Of a stretch of 64,000 nucleotides of DNA, positions 29,804 to 40,115 are shown piece after piece. The position numbers were made by a program, and so were the translations under genes. The number at the start of each line of letters is the position of its first letter. The first letter of the stretch is position 1. The notes under the pieces were generated by a model. The model had not been told where the DNA came from. It made no database searches and saw only the letters and a list, made by a program, of their open reading frames with translations. The DNA lies in the NCBI GenBank assembly GCA_963717145.1, contig OY970325.1, positions 3,840,001 through 3,904,000 on the forward strand. The letters are read 5' to 3'. The DNA is from an uncultured Armatimonadetes bacterium. GTDB taxonomy: Bacteria > Armatimonadota > UBA5829 > DTJY01.

Positions 29804-30853
29804 CTACTTTATCTGGACTTCCTTGCCGACCTCGGACGACTTGTAGATCGCGTCGAGGATCTTCGCAACCATCAGGCCGTCCTCACCGGGCACGGGCGAC
29901 GGCTTCTTCGTCTGGATCGCGTCGATGAACGCGTAGATCTCGGCCTCGTGCGTGCCTACGTTCGGCAGGCTCACGGGCGTCGTGTCTATCAGCGTGCCGT
30001 TCTCCTCACGGAACATCTTGAGCGGGTCCAACTGCAGGCCGCCCTCCGTGCCGAGGATCGACGTGTTGAAGATGTCCTTCTCGATGTTCGCGCAGAAGCT
30101 CGACTCGAGCACGAGGGTCGCGTCATTCTCGAAACGGATCAGGCCGACTGCGAAGTCCTCGACCGTGTAGTTGTCGTAGTCCCACGGACCCCAGGTGTTG
30201 AAGGTGCCCTTCTTCTTGCCGAACTTGGTGTAGGTCTTGCCGGACGCCGCGACGGGCTTCGGATGGCCCATCAGATGCAGCGTGAGGTCGAGCGCGTGGC
30301 AGCCGATGTCGATGAGCGGTCCGCCGCCCTGCTTCTCCTTGTTGATGAAGACGCCCCAGCTCGGGACGCCTCGACGCCGGAGCGCCTGAACTCGCGCGTA
30401 GTACGGCTCGCCGAGCAGGCCCGCGTCCACGAACCGCTTGAGTGCCTGCGCGCCGGAGTTCCATCGCCAGCAGTAGGCGATCATCAGCTTCTTGCCGGAC
30501 GCCTTCGCGGCGTCGACCATCTTCTGGCCTTCTTTGGCATTGAGCGCGATCGGCTTCTCGCAGATGACATGCTTGCCGGCCTGGAGAGCCTTGATGGTCG
30601 GGTCCATATGCACGAAGTTCGGCGTGCAGACGTCGATCATCTCGATCTCTTTGAGCTTGAGCATGTCGTCGTACTTCTCGAACCTGAACTTCTCAGGAAT
30701 GTTCAGCCGATCGCCGACCTTCTTCAGGGTCTCGAGGTTGATGTCGCAGGTTGCGATTACCTCGGCATCCGGGTGCTTCTCGTACGCCGGAATATGAACG
30801 CTCTGGCTGATCGACCCTGTTCCGATCAGCCCCACTTTGACCTTTCTTGCCAC
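29804..30853 (-). CDS. Gfo/Idh/MocA oxidoreductase
   Basis: GLIGTGSI, CTPNFVH, CEKP and GGGPLIDIGCH motifs. Confidence 0.9.
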   Translation of the reverse strand: MARKVKVGLIGTGSISQSVHIPAYEKHPDAEVIATCDINLETLKKVGDRLNIPEKFRFEKYDDMLKLKEIEMIDVCTPNFVHMDPTIKALQAGKHVICEKPIALNAKEGQKMVDAAKASGKKLMIAYCWRWNSGAQALKRFVDAGLLGEPYYARVQALRRRGVPSWGVFINKEKQGGGPLIDIGCHALDLTLHLMGHPKPVAASGKTYTKFGKKKGTFNTWGPWDYDNYTVEDFAVGLIRFENDATLVLESSFCANIEKDIFNTSILGTEGGLQLDPLKMFREENGTLIDTTPVSLPNVGTHEAEIYAFIDAIQTKKPSPVPGEDGLMVAKILDAIYKSSEVGKEVQIK

Positions 30854-30920
30854 TTCGTATCCCCTTTCGTTATCTCATCGAGCGGCGCTCAGCCGCCCAG
30901 TCGTAGCCAAGACTTGAGCT

Positions 30921-30976
30921 GTAGAGGAGGCCTTCAACGGCCTCCCGCGGGCGGGCGTAGAAGCGCCGCCCCTACG
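30921..30976. repeat. GTAG-type REP doublet
   Basis: GTAGAGGAGGCCTTCAACGGCCTCCC...CCCCTAC; related to the copies at 36720 and 40116. Confidence 0.75.
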
Positions 30977-31112
30977 GCATCGTTTCGGATTGCTTACGTT
31001 TCCTGCGGAATAGTCTCAGCAGGAGCCGTGGTATCGCAAGCAGACCCTCCATGATCCCCACGAAGATCAGTGTGAGTATCTCCTCGAATAACGCTCCCAG
31101 ACAGCATCCCAT
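30972..31112 (-). CDS. Possible 46-aa single-pass membrane peptide
   Basis: MGCCLGALFEEILTLIFVGIMEGLLAIPRLLLRLFRRKRKQSETMP; starts 14 nt after the upstream stop. Confidence 0.4.
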   Translation of the reverse strand: MGCCLGALFEEILTLIFVGIMEGLLAIPRLLLRLFRRKRKQSETMP

Positions 31113-31126
31113 GCTCGAATAACCCG

Positions 31127-31555
31127 TTATCCTGCATCCAGGTCAAACGTGATGTTGTTCAGTCCGTGATAGAAATTGCCTTGTCTGGCTGTGAAACGCA
31201 GTACGGAGTAATCCGGGTCTTCTACGCCCTGAGGGTAGTATATCTCGAAACCTTCATTCCACAGCATCTTCCGCGACTCGATATCCTGCAGGATCTCAAC
31301 AACGCCCACGAGCATCAGGCCTTTGAATTCGTTCTCGTCCACGAAGTATATGCATGCTCTGTTGTCTTGCCTCAGCTGCTGCACTCTCTTGGAGGAAGTG
31401 TTTGTGCTGAACCAGAATCTGCCAATCCCTTCGTATTTCAGGTTCAACATCGCCTTGATGTTCGGAAAGCCGCCTTCTCCATTCGTTCCGAGCATGGCGA
31501 TCTTCGACTTCTCGATCAGTTCCAATCCTTGGGTAATCGCTTCCTGTTCATCCAT
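31127..31555 (-). CDS. Pyridoxamine 5'-phosphate oxidase-like (general stress protein 26-like) protein
   Basis: WFSTNTSSKRV and YYPQGVEDPDYSVLRF motifs. Confidence 0.8.
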   Translation of the reverse strand: MDEQEAITQGLELIEKSKIAMLGTNGEGGFPNIKAMLNLKYEGIGRFWFSTNTSSKRVQQLRQDNRACIYFVDENEFKGLMLVGVVEILQDIESRKMLWNEGFEIYYPQGVEDPDYSVLRFTARQGNFYHGLNNITFDLDAG

Positions 31556-31561
31556 TACAGT

Positions 31562-33021
31562 CTAGCCCTTGATCACTCCCATCGGCTTCATGCGGGCGAC
31601 CTTGCGGGAGATGCCCGTCTCCTGCGCTGTATCGACGACGAGCGAGACATCCTTGTACGCCCCGGGCGCTTCCTCGGCGAGAGTGCCCCGGCTCGCGGCC
31701 TTAACGATGATCCCCTTCTTCGCCAGTTCATCCTGGATGTCCGAGCCGCGCGCGCTCTTCGTCGCAGCCTTCCTGCTCATCAGGCGGCCCGCGCCGTGGC
31801 ACGTCGAGCCGAACGTCTCCGCCATCGCCTGCTCCGTGCCGACCAGCAGATATGAGTACCGCCCCATGTCGCCGGGAATGAGCACCGGCTGGCCGATCCC
31901 CCGATACTGCTCCGGCACGTCCGGATGGCCCGGCGGGAACGCGCGAGTCGCGCCCTTGCGGTGGACGACGACCTTCTTCCGGACGCCGTCGACCTCGTGC
32001 TCCTCGATCTTGGCGATGTTGTGCGCCACGTCGTAGATCTGCCTCATCCCCAGCTTGTGCGGCCCCTTGCCGAACACGTGCGAGAACGCTTCCCGGGTCC
32101 AGTGAGCCATCGCCTGACGGTTCGCCCACGCGTAGTTCGCGGCGCAGGCCATCGCCGCCAGGTACTGCTTCCCCTCCGGCGATTTGATCGGCGCGCAGGC
32201 GAGCTGGCGGTCGGGCACAGTGATGCCGTACTTCTTCATCGCCTCCTGCATCACGACCAGGTAGTCGTCGCACACCTGATATCCGAGCCCGCGCGAGCCG
32301 CTGTGGATCATCAGGACCACCTGCCCGACGTGGTCGATCCCCATGATCGCCGCCCGGTCAGGATGGTAGATCTCGTCGACGTACTGAATCTCCAGGAAGT
32401 GATTCCCGCTCCCGAGCGTGCCGACCTGCGGTTGCCCGCGCTTGATCGCCTTGTCGCTGACCGCCGCCGGATCGCGCCATCTCGAGCTGTCCATGCTCCT
32501 CGGTGACCTCGATATCCTCTGCCCAGCCGTAGCCCTGCTCGACCGCCCACTTGCCGCCCCTGCGCATCACGTCCCGGAGCTGCTGCTCGTTCAGACGGAG
32601 ACGACCCTCAGAGCCGACGCCCGAGGGGATGTCGCTGAACAGGGCGTTCACTAGGTCCTGCATCTTCGGCTCGACCTGCGCGCGCTCGAGGTCGGTCCGA
32701 AGCATCCGGACGCCGCAGTTGATGTCGTAGCCGACTCCGCCGGGCGAGACGACGCCGGTCGTCGAAGTCCATCGCCGCCACCCCGCCGATGGGGAAGCCG
32801 TAGCCCCAGTGGATGTCCGGCATCGCCATCGACCGCCCGAGGATGCCCGGCAGGAACGCGACGTTCGCCACCTGCTCCGGCGCCTGGTCCTCCCGGATGC
32901 TCGCGAGGAGACGCTCGGAGGCGTAGATCATGCCGTCCACGCGCATGCCCGGCTTGTACGACTTCGGTATGAGCCAGCGGTCCTCGCCGGCTTTTTGCAG
33001 CGGCCCATTCCACTCAGGCAT
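31562..33021 (-). CDS. rtcB: RNA ligase RtcB, two frameshifts (~32760 and ~32478)
   Basis: [42 protein letters not shown] and STCHGAGR spread over three frames. Confidence 0.92.
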
Positions 33022-33139
33022 ATGTCCTCCGGAGAACACAGAAGCACGGAAGGGAAAGGAATGGAGGAATGGTTTGTGGTTTGTGGAAAAACCATTGATC
33101 ATTCCTGGCCTTCCGCTTTTCCCTCTGTGTTTCTGTGTT

Positions 33140-34507
33140 CTATCCCTTCCAATCGCTCTGCTCGAATTCGGACCAGACGCGGCCGTAGACCTCGGCGGTC
33201 TGCTCGGCGATGTGCGTCCAGTTGAACACGTCGGTCACCTTCCTGTACGCATTCTCGACCATCATCTTCGCCGTGTACGGGTTCTTCAGCATCTGACTTA
33301 TCCCCCACGCCAGCGAGTCCGGATTGTCCGACCAGGCAGTGAGCCCGGCGACCCCGTGATCCACGACTTCCCGCAGGCCGCCCACGTCGGTCACGACAAC
33401 CGGAACCCTCGCCGCCATCGCCTCGAGCGCCACGATGCCGAACGGCTCGTAGAGGCTCGGGTAGACCGCCACGTCGATCACGCTGTAAAGCTTGACGAGT
33501 GTCTCGTCATCGATGTACCCGGTAAAGTATACCCGATCGTTCAGTCCGAGTTCGTTCACCCGCCGGATCAGATGGTCCTTGTTCCCGCCGCCGACGATCA
33601 CGAGCTTGCAGTCGTTGTACGCCTCGCGGATGATCGGGAGTGCCTCGATCAGGACCTGCACGCCCTTCTCGTGGACCATCCGCCCGACGAAGAAGATGAT
33701 CTTCTCCTCCGGCTTGGCAAAGTAGCTGCGGAATTCGGCCTTGTCGAACTCGATATCGAACTTCTCGGGGTTGATGCCGTTCGGGATCACGTCGATCTTG
33801 TCCGGCGGAACTTCGAGGACGCCGGCGATCTCTTCCTTCATGTAGTCGCTGCAGCAGATGACGCGCCACGACTCGAAGGCGAGTTCCCGCTCGATGTCGT
33901 GGATGTAACGCTGGAGGTCGGTATGGATCCCACTGTTGCGTCCGTGCTCGGTGGCATGGATCGTCGAGACGAGCGGGATGTGATGCTTGTGTTTGAGGTT
34001 CTTGCCGCAGAACTGGGTGAGCCAGTCGTGCGCGTGCAGGACCGTCGGCGAGTTACGGGGGACGGAGTGCAACTCCATCCCCAACCCCCGGGTGTTGTCA
34101 GGGACGGAGCCGGAATATGAGTTGGGGATGGAGTTGCACTCCGTCCCCCGCAGCTCGGTGTTGTTGGGGATGGAGTTGCACTCCGTCCCCCGCAGCTCGG
34201 TGTTGTTGGGGATGGAGTTGCACTCCGTCCCCCGTAACTCGCCCTCCAGCAACTCATCGACCCGTTTCTCGATCGAGACGTTCAGATTATGGATCGAGTG
34301 GACGAAATCGTCGCCGGGAGCGGCGGCCACCCGGTGGACGCGGAGGTTTCCGTCCTTCTCATCGGCGGGCGCATCCGGATGCTCGCAGGTGACGACTTCG
34401 ACCTCGACGCCGTTTGCCGCGAGCGCCTGGCTCAGGTCGTATACGTGCCTGGCGATCCCACCGACGATCTTCGGCGGGTACTCCCAGCTCAGCATCAGCA
34501 CGCGCAT
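33140..34507 (-). CDS. GT4 glycosyltransferase with an in-frame repeat insertion
   Basis: [23 protein letters not shown] and [16 protein letters not shown] motifs. Confidence 0.92.
   Translation of the reverse strand: MRVLMLSWEYPPKIVGGIARHVYDLSQALAANGVEVEVVTCEHPDAPADEKDGNLRVHRVAAAPGDDFVHSIHNLNVSIEKRVDELLEGELRGTECNSIPNNTELRGTECNSIPNNTELRGTECNSIPNSYSGSVPDNTRGLGMELHSVPRNSPTVLHAHDWLTQFCGKNLKHKHHIPLVSTIHATEHGRNSGIHTDLQRYIHDIERELAFESWRVICCSDYMKEEIAGVLEVPPDKIDVIPNGINPEKFDIEFDKAEFRSYFAKPEEKIIFFVGRMVHEKGVQVLIEALPIIREAYNDCKLVIVGGGNKDHLIRRVNELGLNDRVYFTGYIDDETLVKLYSVIDVAVYPSLYEPFGIVALEAMAARVPVVVTDVGGLREVVDHGVAGLTAWSDNPDSLAWGISQMLKNPYTAKMMVENAYRKVTDVFNWTHIAEQTAEVYGRVWSEFEQSDWKG
34047..34243. repeat. Palindromic repeat element inside the GT4 CDS
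   Basis: Perfect 39-bp inverted arms at 34047..34085 and 34205..34243; one arm amplified as a 42-bp tandem repeat. Confidence 0.9.
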
Positions 34508-34521
34508 GCGTTTCTCCCTAA

Positions 34522-34589
34522 CGTAGCCTGGCCCTTGATGGGCATTCTTGCGGTATGCGTGTCGGACGCCCATAAAGGGCCAGGCTACG
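34522..34589. repeat. GTAG-type REP doublet overlapping the dciA stop codon
   Basis: CGTAGCCTGGCCCTTGATGGGC...GCCCATAAAGGGCCAGGCTACG. Confidence 0.75.
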
Positions 34590-35199
34590 GCTCTGTAGCG
34601 GGCTCACTTGGGACTCCCAACTGGCGATCCTCCCCGATCCGGCACACCGGGCATATCCCCTCCGGATCGTTCTGGAGCGCGCCGCACGACGAGCACTCCG
34701 TCCAGCCGCGCCCGGTCTTCCACTTCTCGACGCGGGCGGCGGTTTCCAGCAGGCGTCTCACCCTGTCCGCAAGATCAGGAGGAACAGACCGAGCGGTCTC
34801 CTCCAACTCCCCAAGTTCCGCGTCCGTGAGCCGAATCCCTCCAAGATCGACGGCTTCCTCATCGTCGGCCTCGGGAGCGAGTCCACGAGACCGCGAGACG
34901 CGGCCGACCTTGAAGATGATCTCCTTGATGACCTTGCCGCCGAGTCGCTTGTTCAGGCGCGACATGATGTCGGCCTTCATGAAGGTGAGTTCGTTCGCCC
35001 AGACCGGGCTCTTGGTCGTGACGAAGAGCTTGCCCTCGGTGATGAACTCGGGCTGGGCGGCGGCGGACACCTGCTTCCCGACGATCTCGTCCCACACGAG
35101 AAGCGCGGTCTGCTCCTTGATCTTGGCTTCGAGTTTGTGGGCCTTGAGCGAATCCCCGAGGAACTTGCCGAGGCCCTGCATGCCGGCATTGATTCTCAT
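34585..35199 (-). CDS. dciA: DUF721/DciA family protein with a C-terminal Zn ribbon
   Basis: WDEIVG and SPVWANELTFMK motifs; CSSC...CPVC; directly downstream of recF. Confidence 0.8.
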   Translation of the reverse strand: MRINAGMQGLGKFLGDSLKAHKLEAKIKEQTALLVWDEIVGKQVSAAAQPEFITEGKLFVTTKSPVWANELTFMKADIMSRLNKRLGGKVIKEIIFKVGRVSRSRGLAPEADDEEAVDLGGIRLTDAELGELEETARSVPPDLADRVRRLLETAARVEKWKTGRGWTECSSCGALQNDPEGICPVCRIGEDRQLGVPSEPATEP

Positions 35200-35226
35200 G
35201 TGGCGCCCTTTGGAGTGCGGAAGCGA

Positions 35227-35310
35227 AGTCTGCCGTAGGGGCGATCCTTCAACGGTCGCCCGTTACAGGACCGTTGGGCGACCGTTGAAGGATCGCCCCT
35301 ACGGCAGACT
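35227..35310. repeat. GTAG-type REP doublet overlapping the recF 3' end
   Basis: AGTCTGCCGTAGGGGCGATCCTTCAACGGTCGCCC and its reverse complement. Confidence 0.85.
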
Positions 35311-36422
35311 CCGCTTCCTCCACAACCATTCCCTTCCCGACCTTGAATACCTTTCCCTGTCTGACGAACTGCTCGTCGAAGAACTTGAGGCTCGTGGTGG
35401 TGGCGAATGTCTGGCAGCGACCGATAGTCAGCTCGAAAACGTGCGCCCGGCGATCCTCGTCCAGGTCGGTCATCACATCGTCCAGCAGCACGATCGGCGG
35501 CTCCTGGGCGGTCTCCTCCATCATCTCGAGTTCCGCCAGTCGCAGACTCAGCGCGACCGTCCGCTGCTGTCCCTGCGAGCCGTAGGTCCTGACATCCATA
35601 CCATTCGCCGTGAAGACCATGTCATCCCTCTGAGGGCCGACGAGCGTGACACCACGGCGCAGTTCCTCGGACCGGACCTCCCGCAATCTGTCCGCGGAAC
35701 CGCTCAGCGATCTCGGACGATTCGATCCTGCCGATGCTCGGCTTGTACTCGATGTCGAGGTTCTCCTCATCATCGGTGAGCTTCGAGTGGATCACCCTCG
35801 CCAGATCGGTCGCGCGCCTCAGGAATGCGAGCCGGCGTTCGAGGATCTGACTCCCGTAGAGCACGAGCTGCTCGTCCAGCACGTCTAGAACTCCATCGCA
35901 GGTTCCGCGCTGTGCGAGGTCGCGGAGAAGCTTGTTCCGCTGCTCCAAGACCTTTTTGTAGTTGACGAGGAGGTGGCAATACTGAGGCTGGAGTTGGCTG
36001 ATCTCCAGATTGAGGAACTTCCGGCGCTCCGATGGCTCGCCGGCGACGATCTCCGAGTCCTGAGGGCCGATGAAGAGCGCGTTTACCTGGCCGAGAAGGT
36101 CCGCGAGTCGGGTCTGTCGGATCGTATTGATCTTGACCTGCTTCTTCTCCGTGCGTCCGATGACGACCTCGACCTCGATGTCGTTCTGCTCCCGACGCGC
36201 GACATCACCGACGATGCGCATGAAGTCCGCATCCCACAGGATCAGCTCAGAGTCCTTCCCTGCGCGCCACGATCGGGCAGTCGCGAGGAGATAGATCGCC
36301 TCCAGGATGCTCGACTTCCCCTGCGCGTTCTTACCCACGAGTATGTTCAGGCCCTCACCGGGATGCAGGGTGAGTTCCGAATAGCATCTGAAGTTCTGAA
36401 TGCCGAGAGATCGAATATGCAT
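35249..36422 (-). CDS. recF: DNA replication/repair protein RecF, one frameshift near 35698
   Basis: GKNAQGKSSILEAI, RRKFL, GPQRDD, GSQGQQR and LLDDV motifs. Confidence 0.93.
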
Positions 36423-36434
36423 GTCAGGTAAGAG

Positions 36435-36715
36435 GGTGGGTTATCCACCCATCCGAAACACATGAAAAGAGAATTCTGGTTAGTGGTTATGGTTATGTAA
36501 GGTCGTGGACATTGTTGATAACCACTGCGGATGGTCGGGGGCCAAACATGTCGGTTACAACTTCTCCGGTTTAGAACTTGCACAGGTGGGTATGTTTACA
36601 ACTCACTCCCCGATTGTCAGCGACGGCGTGGCAAGCTATCGACTTTGCCGACGTTATCCACAGCCGGCATTTACCCACGGGCCCATCAACAGGCTACCAG
36701 GCCGGTTATCAACAC
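36435..36715. other. Candidate oriC (DnaA-box cluster downstream of dnaA)
   Basis: TTATCCACA 36654..36662, TTATCCACC 36441, TGTTGATAA 36513, TTACCCACG 36671, TTATCAACA 36706; relatively AT-rich stretch at ~36455-36500. Confidence 0.8.
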
Positions 36716-36719
36716 CTTC

Positions 36720-36803
36720 GGCCCGTAGGGGAGGGCTTCAACGCCCTCCTGGGACGACCCCGATCCGCATACGGGAGGGCGTTGAAGCCCTCCCCTACGG
36801 GCC
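36720..36803. repeat. GTAG-type REP doublet just downstream of dnaA
   Basis: GGCCCGTAGGGGAGGGCTTCAACGCCCTCC and its reverse complement. Confidence 0.85.
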
Positions 36804-36816
36804 GGCCATACAGAGT

Positions 36817-38205
36817 CTAATATCTCCCAGCCCTCAGGTCATCCGCGAGCTGATCGACGGTTTGCTTGAGGGCATCATCCGCCTCCATGAGCTTCTTGAC
36901 CCGTCCGCACGCATGCACGATCGTCGCATGGTCCCGCCCGCCGAACGCCTTCCCGATCGCGGCGAGAGGGAATGCCGTCAGCTCCCGGCAGAGATACATC
37001 GCCACGTGCCTCGGCGTGATCAGTTCCTTCCTGCGCGCCGAACTCACCAGGTCGTCGATGGAAATGCCGAATCGCTGGGAGATCACCCGCTGCACCGCGT
37101 CGATCGTCAACTCGGTGCACTTCTTCTCGATGAGATAGCGGTGGATGATCTCCTGCGCGGTCGCCGGTGTAAGGCGCGTCTTCATCAGCGAGCCGTACGC
37201 TATGAGTGTCACCAGTGCGCCTTCGAGCGCCCGGACGTTCGTCTGGATCAGGGTCGCGACTTCCAGAAGGACTTCGTTCGGCACCTGCGCTTCCTCCAGG
37301 TCGGCCTTTCTCTGCAGGATCGCTAGCCGCGTCTCGAAGTCGGGGGGCGCGAGGTCCGCGACGAGTCCCGACTCGAATCGGGAGCGCAGTCGTTCCTCGA
37401 CGGGCTGCAGGTCTCTCGGCGCGCGGTCGCTCGAGATCACGATCTGTTTGCCCGTCTGGAGGAGCGCGTTGAATGTGTGGAAGAACTCCTCCTTGGTCCG
37501 CTCTTTCGCGGCCAGGAACTGCACGTCGTCGACCAGCCAGACGTCAATGCTTCGATACTTGCGCCGGAACTCCTCGGACCGGTGGTCTCGGAGCGAGGAG
37601 ACGTACTGGAAAGTGAAGGTCTCGGCGGAGACATACGCCACCTGTTTCGCGGGTTGGGTCTCGATGACTCGCTGAGCGATCGCCTGGAGGAGGTGGGTCT
37701 TCCCCAGTCCGGATCCGCCGTACAAAAAGAGAGGATTGTATACCTTGCCCGGCCTCTTCGCCACCGCGATGCAGGCCGCGTGCGCCAGACGGTTACACGG
37801 TCCCTCGATGAAACTCGGGAAGTCGTACTTCTCGTTCAGAGGCTCGGAGAGCGTGCTGATGGAACTCTTTGCAGGCTGTTTCGCCGACTCCTTCTGCTGC
37901 ACCTGTTCCGGCTTCGACTGCTGTTCAGGCGCGTTGACGAAAACGATCTCGATCTCACCCTCGATGTTCGCTTCGAGGGCGGTCTTGACCAGTTCAGAGT
38001 ATTTCTGGAGGAAGATGCGGGCCAGTTCGCTCGCGGCCCCGATCGTGACCGTGACGCCGTCCGTGGCGATCGGTCTGGCGGTCCGGAAGAAGCTTTCGAA
38101 GCTCGGACGGTTGATCTCGGGGGCAAGCAGTTCCAGGGACTTCTCCCAGGCCCGCCTGAGAACCACAAGCGCATCGTCGTCTCCGAGATGGAGCTGGTCC
38201 TGCAC
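36817..38205 (-). CDS. dnaA: Chromosomal replication initiator DnaA
   Basis: YNPLFLYGGSGLGKTHLL, DDVQFL, RLRSRFESGL and FGGRDHATIVHA motifs. Confidence 0.98.
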   Translation of the reverse strand: MQDQLHLGDDDALVVLRRAWEKSLELLAPEINRPSFESFFRTARPIATDGVTVTIGAASELARIFLQKYSELVKTALEANIEGEIEIVFVNAPEQQSKPEQVQQKESAKQPAKSSISTLSEPLNEKYDFPSFIEGPCNRLAHAACIAVAKRPGKVYNPLFLYGGSGLGKTHLLQAIAQRVIETQPAKQVAYVSAETFTFQYVSSLRDHRSEEFRRKYRSIDVWLVDDVQFLAAKERTKEEFFHTFNALLQTGKQIVISSDRAPRDLQPVEERLRSRFESGLVADLAPPDFETRLAILQRKADLEEAQVPNEVLLEVATLIQTNVRALEGALVTLIAYGSLMKTRLTPATAQEIIHRYLIEKKCTELTIDAVQRVISQRFGISIDDLVSSARRKELITPRHVAMYLCRELTAFPLAAIGKAFGGRDHATIVHACGRVKKLMEADDALKQTVDQLADDLRAGRY

Positions 38206-38433
38206 TTCCTTTGCCTCCGAATGACCTCTCGTGGAACTCGCCCGCTAACGGACATGTCGGGCTGGTTCGGCCATTATAGCAAATCTACCGGAACCAGGTA
38301 AAACATTTTCTGGCGGTTGGACGTAGCTGGTTTTCCTTGATAGGTCACGGATGTCATTCGGCTGCAGGCCTCTGCTACCGAAGCATCGTGGTTGTTAGAT
38401 GCGTTCGCCCTGATTCGGCTGTTGCGATACTTG

Positions 38434-39900
38434 GTAACAGTTCAGGCTTAGGGATTATTTTGTCTGTAAGAAGAAGGAACCTGCTGGGAGCGTCTCGAAC
38501 CAAGGAGTGTGAGCGAGCAATCCAAGCCGACATACGAGGAGCTTGAGGCCAGGGTCAGCCAGTTGGAAGGTCTAGTTCCCCAACTCGTGGCGCGTATCGG
38601 CGACCTGGAGAAGGAGAACGAAGACCTTCGCGCCAGGCTTTCCGGCGGTGATGGCAGTTCCCCATCCGTGCCTGACTGGGTGAAGCCGAACCGCAAAGAG
38701 CGCCGGGCAGCTGAACGAAAGAAGCGCAAGAAGTCGTTCGTGCGCAGGCGGGAGACACCCACCCGTGTAGTCGAGCACGCGCACTCGAAGTGTCCGGACT
38801 GCGGCCGAGCGCTCACAGGGGGCACGGTAAAGAGACTCCGCCAAGTCATCGACATCCCCATCGTGCCTGTGGACGTAGTCGAGCACAGGTTCATCGCCAG
38901 AAGATGCGGATACTGTGGCAAGAGTCATGTGCCGAAGGTTGACCTTTCCGGCCAGGTTGTAGGCAAGCATCGGGTAGGCGTGAACCTGATGAGCCTGATA
39001 TCGTATCTTTCGACGGTAGGTCGCATGACAAAGCGGACGATACAGGGATTGCTGAAGGCTCTGTATGGTCTTCGGCTCTCTGTGGGAGAGATAAGCGAGA
39101 TATTGCACACGGTGGCAGACTGTGGCAAAAAAGAGAAAGAGCGACTACTCTCGCTTGTACGTGGAAGCCCATACATAAACGCAGACGAGACGGGCTGGAG
39201 AGAGGATGGGCTGAACGGATACATCTGGACCTTCTCCACTAAGAACGTGCGCTACTTCATCTACCGGCGGAGTCGGAGTGGAGAGATCCCGAAGGAAACG
39301 ATAGGCGGCGACTACGAAGGGGTAGTGGTAACGGATTGCTATGCCGGATACAACCCGGTAGTTGCAGACCGCCAGATATGCTGGGCACATCTGGCCAGGG
39401 ATCTGCACAAACTGAAGGAGAGGAACGCGGACGACACGGGCGTCATCGCATGGGCGGATGCGGTGAAGGGTGTTTACGATCGGGCAAAGGAGTTCCGGAG
39501 CAAGAAGGCGGAGGTTCGCAAGTGGAAGCGAGTACTCTTCGAGGAAGAGGTAGAGGCGCTCTCAGGTCCGTATGTCGGCTCAGATGCTCCACAGCAGACG
39601 CTGGCAAAGAGATTCATAGATCGCTTGCACGAGTTGTTCATGTTCGTAGAGTACCCGGAAGTACCGTCGGACAACAATGGCGCAGAACGAGCGCTGAGGC
39701 CGTGCGTGATCGCGCGCAAGGTATGCGGCGGGACGAGAAGCGAGAAGGGTTCTGAGACAAAGATGACGCTCATGAGTCTGTTTGGCACATGGCACGTCAG
39801 GGGTCTGGACATGCTCGAATCATGCAGGCAACTGCTCGCAGGCAAGTCTGTCCTCTTCCCTGCCTGATCAAACTCGTTATCCCCAAGCGTGAACTGTTAC
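38434..39900 (+). mobile_element. Single-ORF IS66-family element (ISBst12-like organisation)
   Basis: 22-bp IRs GTAACAGTTCA(G/C)GCTT(A/G)GGGAT; direct repeat CGATACTTG at 38425..38433 and 39902..39910. Confidence 0.9.
38509..39867 (+). CDS. IS66-family transposase (TnpC-like)
   Basis: Coiled coil, CPDCG...CGYCG, ADETGW, QICWAHLARD and DNNGAERALR motifs. Confidence 0.92.
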   Translation: MSEQSKPTYEELEARVSQLEGLVPQLVARIGDLEKENEDLRARLSGGDGSSPSVPDWVKPNRKERRAAERKKRKKSFVRRRETPTRVVEHAHSKCPDCGRALTGGTVKRLRQVIDIPIVPVDVVEHRFIARRCGYCGKSHVPKVDLSGQVVGKHRVGVNLMSLISYLSTVGRMTKRTIQGLLKALYGLRLSVGEISEILHTVADCGKKEKERLLSLVRGSPYINADETGWREDGLNGYIWTFSTKNVRYFIYRRSRSGEIPKETIGGDYEGVVVTDCYAGYNPVVADRQICWAHLARDLHKLKERNADDTGVIAWADAVKGVYDRAKEFRSKKAEVRKWKRVLFEEEVEALSGPYVGSDAPQQTLAKRFIDRLHELFMFVEYPEVPSDNNGAERALRPCVIARKVCGGTRSEKGSETKMTLMSLFGTWHVRGLDMLESCRQLLAGKSVLFPA

Positions 39901-39907
39901 ACGATAC

Positions 39908-39936
39908 TTGCCAGTGCCAAACGCGTGTGGTATAAT
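39908..39936 (+). promoter_or_regulatory. rpmH operon promoter
   Basis: TTGCCA-17-TATAAT with TG extension. Confidence 0.8.
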
Positions 39937-39960
39937 GCCACTCTGTGGAGGTAGCTTGTC

Positions 39961-40098
39961 TTGTCCAAGAGAACATTTCAGCCTAAAGTCAGACGACGGT
40001 TCCGCGTCCATGGTTTCATGGGGCGGATGGCGTGCGCCGGCGGACGAAGCGTGATCCGAGCCCGCCGCGCCAAGGGCAGAGCAAAACTGACCGTATAG
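39961..40098 (+). CDS. rpmH: 50S ribosomal protein L34 (not in the ORF track)
   Basis: [57 protein letters not shown] start. Confidence 0.95.
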   Translation: MSKRTFQPKVRRRFRVHGFMGRMACAGGRSVIRARRAKGRAKLTV

Positions 40099-40115
40099 GA
40101 TTGCGTTGACCTTCC

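Noticed and set aside
31562-33021. RtcB as a dedicated ligase that splices out the in-frame palindromes
   Set aside because: Only proximity to the GT4 insertion supports this. The inserts keep the reading frame, so splicing is not required, and RtcB is a common RNA repair enzyme.
34121-34243. 42-bp periodic repeat as a mini-CRISPR or an intein
   Set aside because: The intervening segments are identical, it is a REP-like family inside a CDS, and intein motifs are absent.
36476-36500. DnaA-trio array
   Set aside because: The GGTTAT-type periodicity next to the DnaA boxes does not clearly fit the 3'-GAT-5' phase.
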